Below are positions 36,812 through 49,224 of a DNA stretch of 64,000 nt, in pieces. The stretch is from Takakia lepidozioides. Taxonomy: Eukaryota > Plantae > Bryophyta. The stretch covers positions 11,718,001 to 11,782,000 of the forward strand of contig CM060732.1 in NCBI GenBank assembly GCA_030704615.1, given 5' to 3'. A program made the translations under genes and the position numbers. Under the pieces are notes generated by a model. The model saw only the letters and a list, made by a program, of their open reading frames with translations. It ran no database searches and was not told the DNA's origin. Numbering within the stretch: the first letter of the stretch is position 1; the number at the start of each line of letters is the position of its first letter.

Positions 36812-39800
36812 TCAACGCTTCTTCCGCTTTTGAGGTCGCCCTTCGAAAACTGCAACCGCCTCGGATGCGTTTCCCATTTCTGAGGCACGCACCCAAGATG
36901 CCTCCACATGATGATAGCCCTTCCATTTGACGAGATACTCCGTTTCTCGGTTCTTGAACCTCCTCGACTTAAGTACTGCCTCCACCTCGTACTCAGGTTC
37001 ATTTTCATGATCCAACAGCACAGGTGGCGGACGCAACACTTGATGCCGATTCGGACGCGCTTCATCTTTGAAGTAAGGCTTCAAAAGGGAGACGTGAAAT
37101 ACTGGATGCACCTTGTTGTTTGCCGGTAGCTCCAATTCATACACATCCTCATTCATAACCTTCCGGATGCGAAAGGGTCCCGCATACGGAGGTACGAATT
37201 TTGGACTCACTTCCGGAGGTAGTCGGAAATTCTTGATGTTCAACCAGACCTCCGTGCCTGCCTCAAACTTCACTTCCCTCCGCTTCCGATTCACCTGCCT
37301 TTCATACCGTTTCCTCGCTTTGGCAATGTTGTATTTTGCGAGCTTCAACAAACGCTCGCATTCTTCCAGTACCGCCGCTACTGCCGGTTCCTCAACGTTC
37401 TAGGCGGCCCAACTTGTCGGCACCAGAGGTGCTTTTCCATAGACCAATACGAAATGGGAAACTCCCGTTGCGGAGTGTTCTGTGTTATTATAACAGAACT
37501 CTACCGCGTCTAAGTGTTCCACCCAGTCTGATTGGTCTGCCGACACGTAATTCCGCAAGATCTGCTTCACTACAGAATTCACTCTTTCCGTTTGGCCGTC
37601 GGTCGTAGGTCGGAAGGCGGTGCTCATCTTCAGCCTCGTCCCCATCTTCTTCCAAAGTGTCCTCCAAAATTTACTCGTAAACTTTGGATCGCGGTCCGAG
37701 ACAATATCCTTCGGGACTCCATGATGTTTTAAGACGTGGGCGAAGTAAAGTCGCCCTATCTCTTGCGCCGTTGCCATCTCCTTGGTGGGGATGAAATGGC
37801 CCATTTTACTGAACCTATCCACCACCACCATGATTGCATCGAATCCTTTTGACAGCGGCATAGCAGTCATGAAATCCATCGAGACGCTTTCCCAAGTCCC
37901 CTCTGGAATCGGCAAGGGTTGCAATAGCCCCGCTTGCTTTTTGTACTCGCTTCGGTTTTGTTGGCATGTGGTGCATGTCTTGACATACTCCTTTGCATCC
38001 TCCCTCAGTTTGGGCCAGAAATACTCTTTCTTCAAGAGTGTCGCAGTGCGCTTGGCTCTGCCCTGGCCCGCAAGCGGGCTATCATGGCATTCTCTCAAGA
38101 GACTATCTCTGATCCCTCCCTTCGGCACGTAGAGACGCTTTTGCTTATACCGGAGCAGTCCATTTTGCAAGTGGAATTGCAATTTAACCCCCCTCCTCAA
38201 GTCCTGCATCACGGACTTCGCCAGCTCATCCTTCTGGTAAGCCTTCCGGATCTTCCTTTGGAGCGTCGTCTCGCCCCTGTACACAAACAAGAGCTGCTGC
38301 TTTCTACTTGAAGCATCGGCCACCACATTGTCATGTCCCGGTTTGTAATGGATATCCACGTCAAACACCGCCAAAGTATCTTGCCACCTAAGTTGTTTTG
38401 GGGACAACTTGGGCTCCGTGGCAAAATACTTCACCGTAACATTGTCCGTGAACACCTTCACTGGGTTGCAACCAACATAGTGGCGCCAAAGCTCAAGACA
38501 ATGCACCACCGCCTTCATCTCTTTCTCGTGCGTCGGCCACCGTCGCTCCACTTCGTTCAATGTCTTACTTTCGTAAGCCACTGGACGTCCATCTTGCATC
38601 AGTACACCCCCAATCGCAAAGTCCGACGCATCTGTATGAATCTCGAACGGTCAATCGAACTCCGGGATTTTCAAGACTGGAGCTTCTGCCATCCGCTGCT
38701 TCAATTCAGCAAAAGCTTGGCCACACAAGGTGTTCCATACCCAGACTTTGGATTTACGCAGAAGGTCTGACAACGGCCCCGCGATCTTGGCGAAATTTCT
38801 CACATACTTTCGGTAATAGGAGGCGAGTCCTTGGAAGGATCGCACTCCTGGGACCGAAGTCGGAGGCTCCCGGTCCAAGATCGCCCTCACCTTTCTGTCA
38901 TCCATTTTGATCCCATCCTGTGTAATCACATGCCCCAGGAACTCCACTTTTGTGACCCCGAATTCGTACTTTGAAGCTTTGGCATACACCTTCCCTTCCC
39001 GCAATTTCTGGAACACCCTTTTGAGGTGCTCCACGTGCTCCTCCTTTGTTTTCGAATACACCAAGATGTCGTCGATGTACACGATCACAAAGTCATCCAA
39101 CCACTCCTGGAAAAGGCTGTTCATCAGCGTGCTAAAGGTCGCGGGTGCATTGGTGAGCCCAAAAGGCATCACCAAGAACTCATATGAACCATACTTTGTC
39201 CTGCACGCGGTCTTCTCCTCATCTCCTTCCGCCACTCGAATTTGATGATAGCCGGAGCGCAGATCGATTCGGCTGAAATACTTTGCTCCTGCCAACCGAT
39301 CGAAAAGGTCGTCGATCATTGGCAAAGGATACCGGTTTTTGATAGTCACCTTATTCAAAGCCCTGTAATCGACACACATCCGCAGCGTCCCATCCTTCTT
39401 GTCTGCGAATAGCACCGGGGCTCCGTAAGGTGACTTACTCGGCCGGATGTACCCCTTTGACAATAGATCTTTGAGCTGAGTCTTCAGCTCGACCAACTCT
39501 CTGTGGCTCAACCGGTAGGGCGCCTTGGTAGGCGGTTCCGATCCCGGTATCACCTCAATCTTGTGGTCAACTCCTCTTCGCGGTGGCAAGCCGCTTGGTA
39601 AATCCTCCGGCATCACATCCTGGTATCTCTCCAAAATCCCCTTGATCCAATCTGGGCTCGGCTCCCTATCGCCTTCTCCCTTCACTTCTCTAATGTAAAG
39701 CAAAAACTGGGGCTCGTGTGCCTCCTACACGGCCCACTCCCTTGCTGACAGAAGGTTTATTCGCCCTCCCACGGGTTTGGGCGTTTCCAACACTCGTAAG

Positions 39801-41428
39801 ACTTCGCCACCATCCCCACATGGTAGCGTGATTACTCTTTTGCAGCCATTTATGACCGCTCCGGATTTGCTCAAAAAGGTCATCCCCAAAATGAGATCCA
39901 CTCCATCGATCTCGCAAATGGTGAAGTTCTCACGTCCTTCCCATTTCCCCAGTTGAAGAGGGACATCGAACGCCAACCTCGTCGCCAATTGCGGTTCTCC
40001 TTTGGCAGAACGCACCTCAATAGAGGCCCCCACGTCACTTGTCGGGAGTCCCAGCTTTTGTGCCGTTGCCGGTGTCATGAAGGAGTGCGACGCTCATGTG
40101 TCCACCAACAATGACACGTTAGTTCCGGATATTATCCCATCCACGAACAATAACTGATTCCCTTTACGTAAGGCGCCAGTTTCTTGATACAATTCACAAG
40201 AAAATTTGCCTACCTTGCAAGTCCTGGCGACCACCGCTTCCACCAAGCGACTGATGGTATCTTCCGACAGCTCCGTGGTCGCCCGAGTCATGTTCAATTG
40301 CCGGGGCTTCGTGCACTTCTTGGCCATGTGTCCGGGCTCCCCGCAATTGAAACACACTCCATCAAAGGTCGCCTTCTGTCCGCCATAGGCCACTCCACCC
40401 ACTTTTCCTTTTGAAGCACCGGGTGCCGCCTTGACTTGTGAAGGCCCTCCCTTCGATTTCCACGTGCTATTGTTGCCGCGTGGCCTATCCCACTTCTTTT
40501 CCAGTCAGAAGGCGTCACCTTCCCGCCGGGTCTTCTTGTGGTTCAGCTCCGTACGGCCTTGTCTTTCACCCCTAGGGACATCCGAGAAACATTCAGCCCT
40601 CTCAATTGCCTCGTTCAAAGTCTTAGGTGGCTTCTCCTCCAACTTCCGCCTAGCCCATGGGGCTAGTCCCGCCACAAAGTTGAAGACCATTTCTGGTTCT
40701 GCGATGTCCGCGACTTCGAGCAACAGCACATTGAAAGCCTGGACATATCCCCGAATGTCATCTGTTTGCTTCAAATTCCTCATCTTGTCCCGGGCAAGCC
40801 AGGACGCGTTGAGGGGCACAAACTGCCTTTTCATCAATTCCTTGAACCCACTCCAATTCAAGGTTTCCAGCCTTGGACCTCGGTCGTGAAGGCGTTTCTG
40901 CCACCATTGTTGAGCATAGCCTCTCAAATAGGTGGGAGCCACTTCCACCCGGTCCTCGTCATTCAACTTGGCCGCCCGGAAGTACTGCTCTAGCTCCAGG
41001 AGCCAGGTGTTGAGTGCCTTCCGATTTCGGACGCCCTCGAAGGTGCCGGGTTCCTTAGGCTTCACCTTAAATTTTGCCTTAGTGGGAGTGGCATTAGCCG
41101 CCTTCAACACGTCTTTGAACGTCCCGCCAAATTGCGCCAACAACCCTTCCCAAAAGGCTGCCAGCATGGGAGGCATCTGTTGGTCGGTCGGAGCCCTCAC
41201 GGATTCCTCGGGCTCCGACTCCTCAGATTCCTCCCGCTCTTGAGCGGCCTCGTTTTCGGAGACATGCATCGCTTTCTCAAACGGCCGCCTCGGTGACACG
41301 TCGCCCCCATCGGGCTCACCAGGATCATCATCTTTTGGGCCGTTCCGCTTTCGCTTTGGTTTGCCCGACCCCATGATGAGGCCAATCCCAAGGACGATCA
41401 CGTACTGAACTCTAAGCTCTGATACCAA
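36812..41428 (-). pseudogene. gag-pol polyprotein of the chromovirus, with a gag frameshift and in-frame stops
   Basis: Zn knuckle CFNCGEPGHMAKKC, protease LLVDT*ASHSF, RT YIDDIL, RNase H TDASDFAIGGVL, integrase SMDF..SDRD..GQTERVN, GPF motif and chromodomain YEVEAVL..YLVKWKGY..ASW. Stops at 40094, 39725, 38651 and 37400. Confidence 0.92.
41416..41427 (-). other. Primer binding site (tRNA-iMet)
   Basis: The minus strand reads TGGTATCAGAGC, 2 nt from the LTR boundary at 41430. Confidence 0.92.
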
Positions 41429-41429
41429 G

Positions 41430-42034
41430 TGTCGCGCACCTCACTTCGGTAAGCTCCCCTTCAAGTCATAGTTGCTAGCTTGATGCGCGCGCCTAACTCC
41501 CAACCTGGCCGCCGGACCAACTTGGAGCTTCGGCTGCTCACCGGGGCATAACGGTCCCCCTTTGATCTCCCAAAGAACCCTCCACCGATTTGGAACCAGC
41601 GGGAATTCCCTTTGGTAATTGGCAGTGCGGAACAGCTCCCCACTCTTTGGTCGCTTTCCGGCTCGCTCGCTTACTCACTAGTTTTTGGTCACCAACCGGC
41701 TTGCACCGTTCTCGGGGTTACTACTCCCCCTATATATACTTCTGTAGCTGTCCGCGGGGGTTTCACAACCAGCCATGCCATTTTATGGCGAACCACCACG
41801 AAAACCCTCGACTCCCGGTGATGAGTCGCGGTGAGTTTTGGCCCACTCACCACGGCCCCTATGGACCGTGATGAGTCCCAAGACTCCCCACGACTCCCAC
41901 CACGAGGTCTCCGCCCCTATGGTGAGTCCTATGCCACCCCCACTAAGTCTCGCTAAGCTACCACCACCCCTTGTGGAGCCACCCCCACCGCAACCCGGTG
42001 TGCGGGGCTCCACCTAGTGAGCGCCTCCGCCTCC
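41430..42034 (-). repeat. 5' LTR, truncated to 605 bp
   Basis: Matches 35179-35782, then identity stops abruptly. Confidence 0.9.
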
Positions 42035-42387
42035 AGCCGGGCAGTTTGCGACGCCCGGCCGTCGCAGGGGCCTTTTGCCCTTCATGCCACCATGCGACGG
42101 CTTGGTGTCGCAAGAAAGGGCGGCGATGAAAGAAATGGCAAGAAAGGGTTTTTTTTTTTTCCGGCGTGCGACGACTGGCCGGCACCAGAACTTTTGCCCT
42201 TCGCTGGGGGGCGACGCTTGGGCGTCGCACGGAAGGGCTGCCATTTGCCCTTCATCAGGTGGCGACCCGCGGGGTTTGGCTGCGACGGCCCGGCGTCGCA
42301 AACACGCTCCGCGGGGTTGGCGTCACACGCTCGGCGCCGCGCGGGGCGTGGGCTGGCGTCGTAAACCCCCCCCTATTTGCTATAGTG
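42035..42387. mobile_element. Orphan CACTA terminus with subterminal GCGACG repeats
   Basis: Ends CGTAAACCCCCCCCTATTTGCTATAGTG, the same architecture as the end at 22229. The partner end was not found. Confidence 0.75.
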
Positions 42388-42429
42388 AGACCGTCAAGGG
42401 AAGTGCACTCCGTACTCTACGGTGCTCAG

Positions 42430-42685
42430 CCAAGCGATGGATCTCAATTGCTTGACCCAACACCTGACGACATGATGCCTCAGAAAGAGAAGGCACCGCC
42501 GTGGTCCCAGTGGAAAAACCCCTAGCCCGATCTCGCTCGTCGGCATTAGACTCCACTAACTGCTGCAACTGAGCATTCCACAGGTTGCCAGATCCACTAT
42601 CCCGGAAAGCATGCGATCCTGGGAAGTTGAGCAGTGTAGGTAGTGTTGCTCGTGGTGGACCCTCCTTGTTGACCACTCCTATTCT
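42430..42685 (-). pseudogene. Second C5-methyltransferase-like C-terminal fragment (retrotransposon type)
   Basis: VVNKEGPPRATLPTLLNFPGSHAFRDSGSGNLWNAQLQQLVESNADERDRARGFSTGTT..SEASCRQVLGQAIEIH aligns nearly residue for residue with the translation of 20200-20455. Confidence 0.75.
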
Positions 42686-43149
42686 TGCAAAAAAAAAACG
42701 GGTCACAGTTTGCGACGGCTGGCCGTCGCCGTTTGCGACCCCCGGCCTCATAAATCCTAAAAACCGCCTCGCAGGTGGCGACACGTGGGGGTCGCAGGCA
42801 GCGACGGCAGGGCTTTCTAGGTTTAGGCTTAGGGCCTTTGGGGGTTCTTAGTTTTTTTTTTTTCCATATGGTACTGGGGGAGGGTGTTTGTTTTTCTTTA
42901 TGGTTATGCTTGTTGTTGTGGACCTTCTTGTAGATTGTGACATTCATTTTGATAATTCTCTTGATACCACATTTGTATGTGTTGCTCCAACATATTCATT
43001 ACCTCTGCCTTCTTTCTTAAAAGACTACCAGCCACAGCCATATTTGATCAATCATAGAAATAAAGTACAATATGCATGTACATGTACAATCAATCGAAGG
43101 GATGGGTCCAGTTCGGTGCGAGAATTGTTATGTAACTTTGATTTTGTGT

Positions 43150-45791
43150 CTAATCAACTTGAACATCATCATCCGGAGCCTCGTCATCTTCATCAAGCTG
43201 CAAGTCTTCTTGGTCATCGGAGTCATCGTCATAAATGGCCCGACCCTCAAAAGGCACCTCCGAATCATCCTCCACCTCGTTGTCAATGGCCGTGTCTTCG
43301 TCTCCTTCTCCAACATCCGTATCTTCTAGAGCTTCATCATATAGGGTCCAGGATGCATTGTCCGGGGCGTCATCATCCTCTTCTACCCCCTCTACCCAAC
43401 CTCCATCATCAGCATCATTATGACCAGTCTCTCCGTCCACCGCAATTGCCTCACCCCATGGAGATCCGAGACCATGATAGATACGTCTTCCTCTTGGCTG
43501 AGTATGCACAACCACCTTCCAATTCCCCCCTCTTGTTTTGTCATCGGAGAAAAAAACTTGCTCCATGTCTGAAGGCCGTGAAAAAGGCTCATCGGAGGGA
43601 CGATGAGTAGGGTTGAGCCTATCTGCATTGACGCGCATGAAACCACAATCATCTTGCACTAATGTTGCGGAGGGCCCCATAAGATGTGGCTGGAACCACC
43701 TTCCCTTGAAGAGAAGAGGCCGGTACCTTGTATACTGAAGTTGGAGTTTGCTCTCAAGCTCTCCAATGTACTCAAGTTTGCTCATACCAGGTCGTGTATC
43801 TCCCTTGCCCCACACGGAGTCTTGCCAATATGTGGCACACAAGCCAGAATCAAAGGTTGTTTTGCGCTTCATGTCAAGAGCACGAATGCGAAAATGATGA
43901 CTGTGAACCCAGACCGCCGTGTATGAGGTCGCGAATTGAGAGGGGCCCCTTGCAATGTCTTGCACCAAATCTGAAACTACCTCTCCTTGAGCAACGGCGT
44001 CATAAACTGAAGTCCGAAGCCACTGTTGGAATGAACTTAGAGGCTGCAATTCCATGGGCAAATTTTGTGAAGGAACATTCCAGCGGCCCGCTCCTCGTCG
44101 TGGGCGTCTAGTAACCGGCCTTGGATGGTTCCGCCTCCATGCAAGCGTCTCCTCCTCTCGTTGCTGAACAAGATTATTGTATCTTGTCTCCCACTCATGT
44201 ATGGATGAGGTGTTCTTCAGTATGAAGTCATACGCTTGCTCAATCACCAAGGTCGGCAATTTTACCCTCTTCGATTTTTTGGGCAAAACGATGTCCTTGG
44301 TTCGTGCATCCTCCTCTTCCTTCCACATCCGAGGGGCTTCATCATCCATCCTTGCCATGTACTCTGTGCAATAGAACATAGCTTTTTGCAACATATACCC
44401 CTCCGCCATGCTACCCTCCGGGTGTGTCATTTGTCTTACAAATCCTTTCAAAGTCTTCATATAACGCTCAAGGAAGTACATCCACCGAGAATGAACGGGG
44501 TCGACAATCGAAGCCTCTTTCACTAAGTGCACTACCAAGTGCACTTGGATGTCAAAGAAAGAGGGAGGAAGGTGCATCTCCAACATACACATTACCTCCG
44601 CCGCCTCCTTCTTCATGCGTGGAAAATCTGCTTCTTCCAACTCTTTGGAGCAAATCCACCGGAACAAGCCTCCCAATCTATAGATTGTCTCAGGAACCTC
44701 GGGAGTCAATATCCCACGTACTGCAATGGGCAAGATGTCTTGCAATAGATTGTGGTAGTCATGAGACTTCAAACCATGGACCCCATCTTCTTCGCTGAAC
44801 TTCGTACAGAGGGATGACCCATATTCAGTTGGTGTTCGGACAGCATTTATGGTGGCTATCACTTTCTTGTATTCCTCCTTTGTCCATTGCCAAGGTGCGC
44901 GTCTATACTTCCACCGTACAACACCATTTGGGTCCACACCATTTTGTTCGGCCCATAGATGGCGCATGCGACCCTGCTCCTCAAGCTCCTTTCTAACACC
45001 GAGAGAATCTCCTTTAACAGCCACTCCCTTTTTTGCCGGCGTGCCATGAAGAACCCAAAAAAATGACGAGCAGACATTCTTCTCAATATGCATGGGATCT
45101 AGAAGATGGCGAATCTTCAGGTCCTACATACATCCCCACCCACAAAGACTTACACAAATTGTTTTACGTGAAAGTGACAATGCAACGCATACCAAATGTG
45201 CAATATCACATGCATGCATAGGGATATTGACGGTGTTTTTGTGGAATATGTACCGCCCAATATGACAACTCGTAGAAGATTGAAAGTCATTTCATGTCGG
45301 GCACGTCCACTTCACCGTCCGTGTCCGCATGGGCCTCTTTCCATCGGTCCTCCCAAAACTACCCGGTCAGTGTCATAGGGGGGGGGGGGACGTACTTCCT
45401 CTTTGCCATCAAACAAGTGTTTCTCTCTTCTTCTCCATCGATGGCTCATAGGAAGAAATTTGCGGTAGTTGGAATACATCATCTTGTGAAGATGGCGGGA
45501 GCTATGTGCTTCAAGATCATTGCCACAATGCAAGCATGCATGGTACCATTTGGTGCTTAGCCCCGAACAAACAGTTAATCATGTACTACACATCCCGCCA
45601 CATTAGTAAAAACAAAATGTTGTCATGTGCATGGCCCATAATGCCATCTACCCCACTACGGTGCACAAGACTATTGCCGCTACTTCAATCAATCCCAATC
45701 CTCATCGATATTATCCATCATTGACAAGTGAATGTACGCGGATTGTTCATGGGGAACATAATATACCTGGATAATCATGCATTGTCCAAAG
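43150..45791 (-). CDS. CACTA transposase TnpD, 3' part (Transposase_21 end, DUF4218, DUF4216)
   Basis: LWTMHDYPG|intron|GLSTKWYHACMHC..YRKFLPMSHRWR|intron|DLKIRHLLDPMHIEKNVC..GLKSHDYH..PPSFFDIQVHLVVHL..RWMYFLERYMKTLK..HPEGSMAEGY, then an acidic tail. The terminal 647-aa ORF is uninterrupted. The gene as a whole is disrupted by the 17.9-kb insertion. Confidence 0.9.
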
Positions 45792-46029
45792 CCTAGTTAT
45801 CATTCCTGACGTGACGTGGCCCGGACACGTCGGTCGTGCGTCACGTCACATCGAATCCAGACGTTTACCCAAGTATTTTATTTTTTTAAATTTGACTTTT
45901 ACAATTTATTTCTATCCTTTGTAATGATATGGCAGCCACGGTCAAACGTGGCCAATTATTAAATTTTATTAATTTATTTTAAAAAATACGTCCGCCCAAA
46001 AATACCGACGCTTAAAAGTTATTATTTTT

Positions 46030-46960
46030 TAAATCAAGCGACCACCCATATTGGCGGTCGCCTGTAATTTAATATTTTAATAAATTAAACGACCGCCTAT
46101 ATTGGCGGTTGCCGGCAATTTATGAAGTTTAAAATGGAGCGACCGCCCATATTGGCGGTCGCTTGAAAATTATTAGTTTTAAAAATCAAGCGACCGCCCA
46201 GATTGCAGTCGCTCGCAGTTTAAAAAATATAGCGACCGCCATTCGCCGGCCGTCGCATATTTTTATTTTTATTCGACCGCCAAACTGTCGCTTCTTTAAT
46301 TTTCTTAAAAAAAATGTTTTGTTTTTTCAAATTTAGCGGCAATGGCTCTTTTTCTTAAAGAAATTTAAATGAAGCGACTGCAACTACGGCGGTCGCTCTT
46401 TTTTGTTTTTTTAAATAATGAAGCGACCGCCAATATGGCGGTCGCTCTTTTCTTTTCTTTTAAAAAATGAAGCGATCGCCACTACGGTGGTCGCTCATTT
46501 TCGTTTATTTATTTTAAAAATGAAGCGACCGCCATATGGAGGTCGCTCTTTTTCGCTTCTTAAAAAACTGAAGCAACCGCCAATACGGCGGTCGCTCCTT
46601 TTAAAAAAATGTTTTTTTAAATAAAATAGTTAAATTTTAAATTAATTTTTTTAAATAAAAATAATGAAGCGACCGCCTAAATAAAAAAATTGAAAATTAA
46701 GAAAAAACAATTTCTCAAAAAAAATAAAGCGACCTCCCGATGGCGGTCGCTCTTTTTCGCTTTTAAAAAAACTGAAGCGACCGCCAATATGGCGGTCACT
46801 CCCATAAGTTTTTTTTTCTTAAAAATAAATTTTTAATATTTTTAAAAATGAAGTTTTTTGAAAGAAAAAAATGAAGCGACCGCCCTATGGTAGTCGCTCT
46901 TTTTCGATTTTTAAAAAACTGAAGCGACCGCCATTACGGCGGTCGCTCCTTAAAAATCAT
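46030..46960. repeat. Array of AGCGACCGCC-n-GGCGGTCGCT palindromes in AT-rich spacers
   Basis: Many imperfect copies are directly visible. Confidence 0.9.
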
Positions 46961-47949
46961 TTAAAAATAAATTTTATTTTCGCTCTTCTGTAGTGACCGC
47001 CACATAACACATATGTGGAAGTGCTAAAGTCTCCCTCAAACCTTGCCCCTAGGAGCATATCTAGCAATGAAATATACTTTAAAACGCATCTTATATTGTG
47101 GGATCCTTGCACGAAACCTGTTGAACCTTGAACAACCGGTCAAAAATCCAAAAATGACCGGCTCTCACCTGTCATCCTTGTGTGCATGCCAGGGTATTTA
47201 ATGCACTGCATTCAAACAATTCAAATGAATGAACTATCTTATAATGACACCTAATCACTACAATTGTTTGTCTTATTAGCTTATCATAATGATGCACCAT
47301 GCACACACACAAAAGTCAATGCGTATTAATGATATCTCATCCACCTAATATGCAATGCACAACCATTTACCATCCAAAATCCAACGGCCGTTCCATTCCG
47401 TCTAACGGTGCATGTCCCTTACCATCCAAAGTCCAACGATTGCACAACCATTTACCATCCAAAACCCAATGGCTGTTCCATTCCGTCCAACGGTGCATGC
47501 TCCTTACCATCCAAAGTTCAACGGTGGTTTGTAACGATGCACGCTTGCGTCCAATGGATGGTAGTCTTTACCCAATGGACGATAAATTTTAATAGATCTT
47601 TCATAGCATTAATTGCTAGGGACTAATTGCACACTATAAGAATTGCAAGCCCTCATTTGAACGTGCTCTTCTTCCACGAGCTCTCAAGGTAAGCCTCAAT
47701 CCACTATGCTTACTTGTTGTATTGCAATGTTTTTTCATTTCATTCTTTTGTTTTGTACTTTTGTGTTCATTAGTTGTTTATGTTGACATTATCATTGTGA
47801 GAGCATATCGGCTATACACCATTATATTCACATAGTGATGTATCTCTTATATATTGTTGGTGGTGATGTGTCAAATTATGTGTTTATGTGTATCATTCAT
47901 ATGCACTATCTATGCACCCAAATTCATCCAAGTGTGAATTTTTGCACGA

Positions 47950-49037
47950 GCAAGTAACACCTACATTCATACGTCCTACAATACCATATTATACATAAAA
48001 GTCACTGCACTTGTGAATTTAGAAACCACGATCCATATGATTTTAGTTGGATTTGAAACTTTACATGAGCAATTACCACCTACATTCCTAGGTCCTGCAA
48101 CAATATCATGAACAACAAAAATGGTTACACCAGTGAACTTAGATAACACCATCCGTACGATTTTAGTTGGATTTGAAACTTTATATGAATAACTAACACC
48201 TACATTCATACGTCCTGCAAAAATATCATGAGCAACAAAAATGGTTACATCAGTGAACTTAGAAAATGTTGTCCGTACCATTTTAGTTGGATTTGAAACT
48301 TTACATGAGCAACTATCACCTACATTCATAGGTCCTGCAAAAATATCATGAACAACAAAAATGGTTACACCAGTAAACTTAGAAAACGCCCTCCGTACGA
48401 TTTTAGTTGGATTTGATACTTTACGTGAGCAACTAATACCTACATTCCTACGTCCTGCAAAAATATCATGAGCAACAAAAATGGTTACATCAGTGAACTT
48501 AGAAAACGTCGTCCGTACGATTTTAGTTGGATTTGAAACTTTACATGAGCAACTATCACCTGCATTCATAGGTCCTGCAACAATATCATGACCAACAAAA
48601 ATGGTTACACCAGTGAACTTAGAAAACGCCCTCCGTACGATTTTAGTTGGATTTGAAACTTTACGTAAGCAACTAACACCTACATTCCTACGTCCTGCAA
48701 AAATATCATGAGCAACAAAAATGGTTACACCAGTGAACTTAGAAAACGTCGTCCGTACGATTTTAGTTGGATTTGAAACTTTACATGAGCAACTATCACC
48801 TGCATTCATAGGTCCTGCAACAATATCATGAACAAAAAAAATGGTTACACCAGTGAACTTAGAAAACGCCGTCCGTACGATTTTAGTTGGATTTGAAACT
48901 TTACATGAGCAACTAACACCTACATTCCTACGTCCTGCAAAAATATCATGAACAAGAAATTTCATTATATTGATGTATTTATAAAACACCATCTATATGA
49001 TTTTAGTTGGGTGTGACACTTTGCACAAGCAATTAAC

Positions 49038-49040
<3 letters not shown>
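47950..49040 (-). repeat. 120-bp tandem repeat, ~9 copies, with alternating A/B variants
   Basis: Exact 120-bp periodicity from 48061 to 48960. The minus frame is open for 338 codons (40-aa repeat). Confidence 0.95.

Positions 49041-49102
<62 letters not shown>
49041..49102. repeat. (TA)n microsatellite
   Basis: About 31 TA units. Confidence 0.95.
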
Positions 49103-49105
<3 letters not shown>

Positions 49106-49224
49106 TTGACATGATGTCATGAATGATTGAAACTCGTTGCATTTCCAACAATACATTAACACCAGTGAAATAGCAAAACAATGTATACATCAATGATAGT
49201 CAGGTCACATACGAAAGTCATGGC

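Larger units (their letters stand above)
35179..42034 (-). mobile_element. Ty3/gypsy chromovirus LTR retrotransposon, near-complete, with the 5' LTR truncated
   Basis: Two LTR copies, an iMet PBS and a PPT are present, with domain order gag-PR-RT-RH-INT-chromodomain. Confidence 0.95.

Noticed and set aside
37400-40094. Programmed readthrough or RNA editing to explain the stops in pol
   Set aside because: The stops fall at scattered sites, including within the protease motif, and are simply explained as point mutations.
42888-43610. 240-aa + strand ORF
   Set aside because: Antisense shadow of the acidic tail of tnpD.
48965-49193. ORFs containing YIYIYI runs
   Set aside because: Translations of the (TA)n microsatellite.
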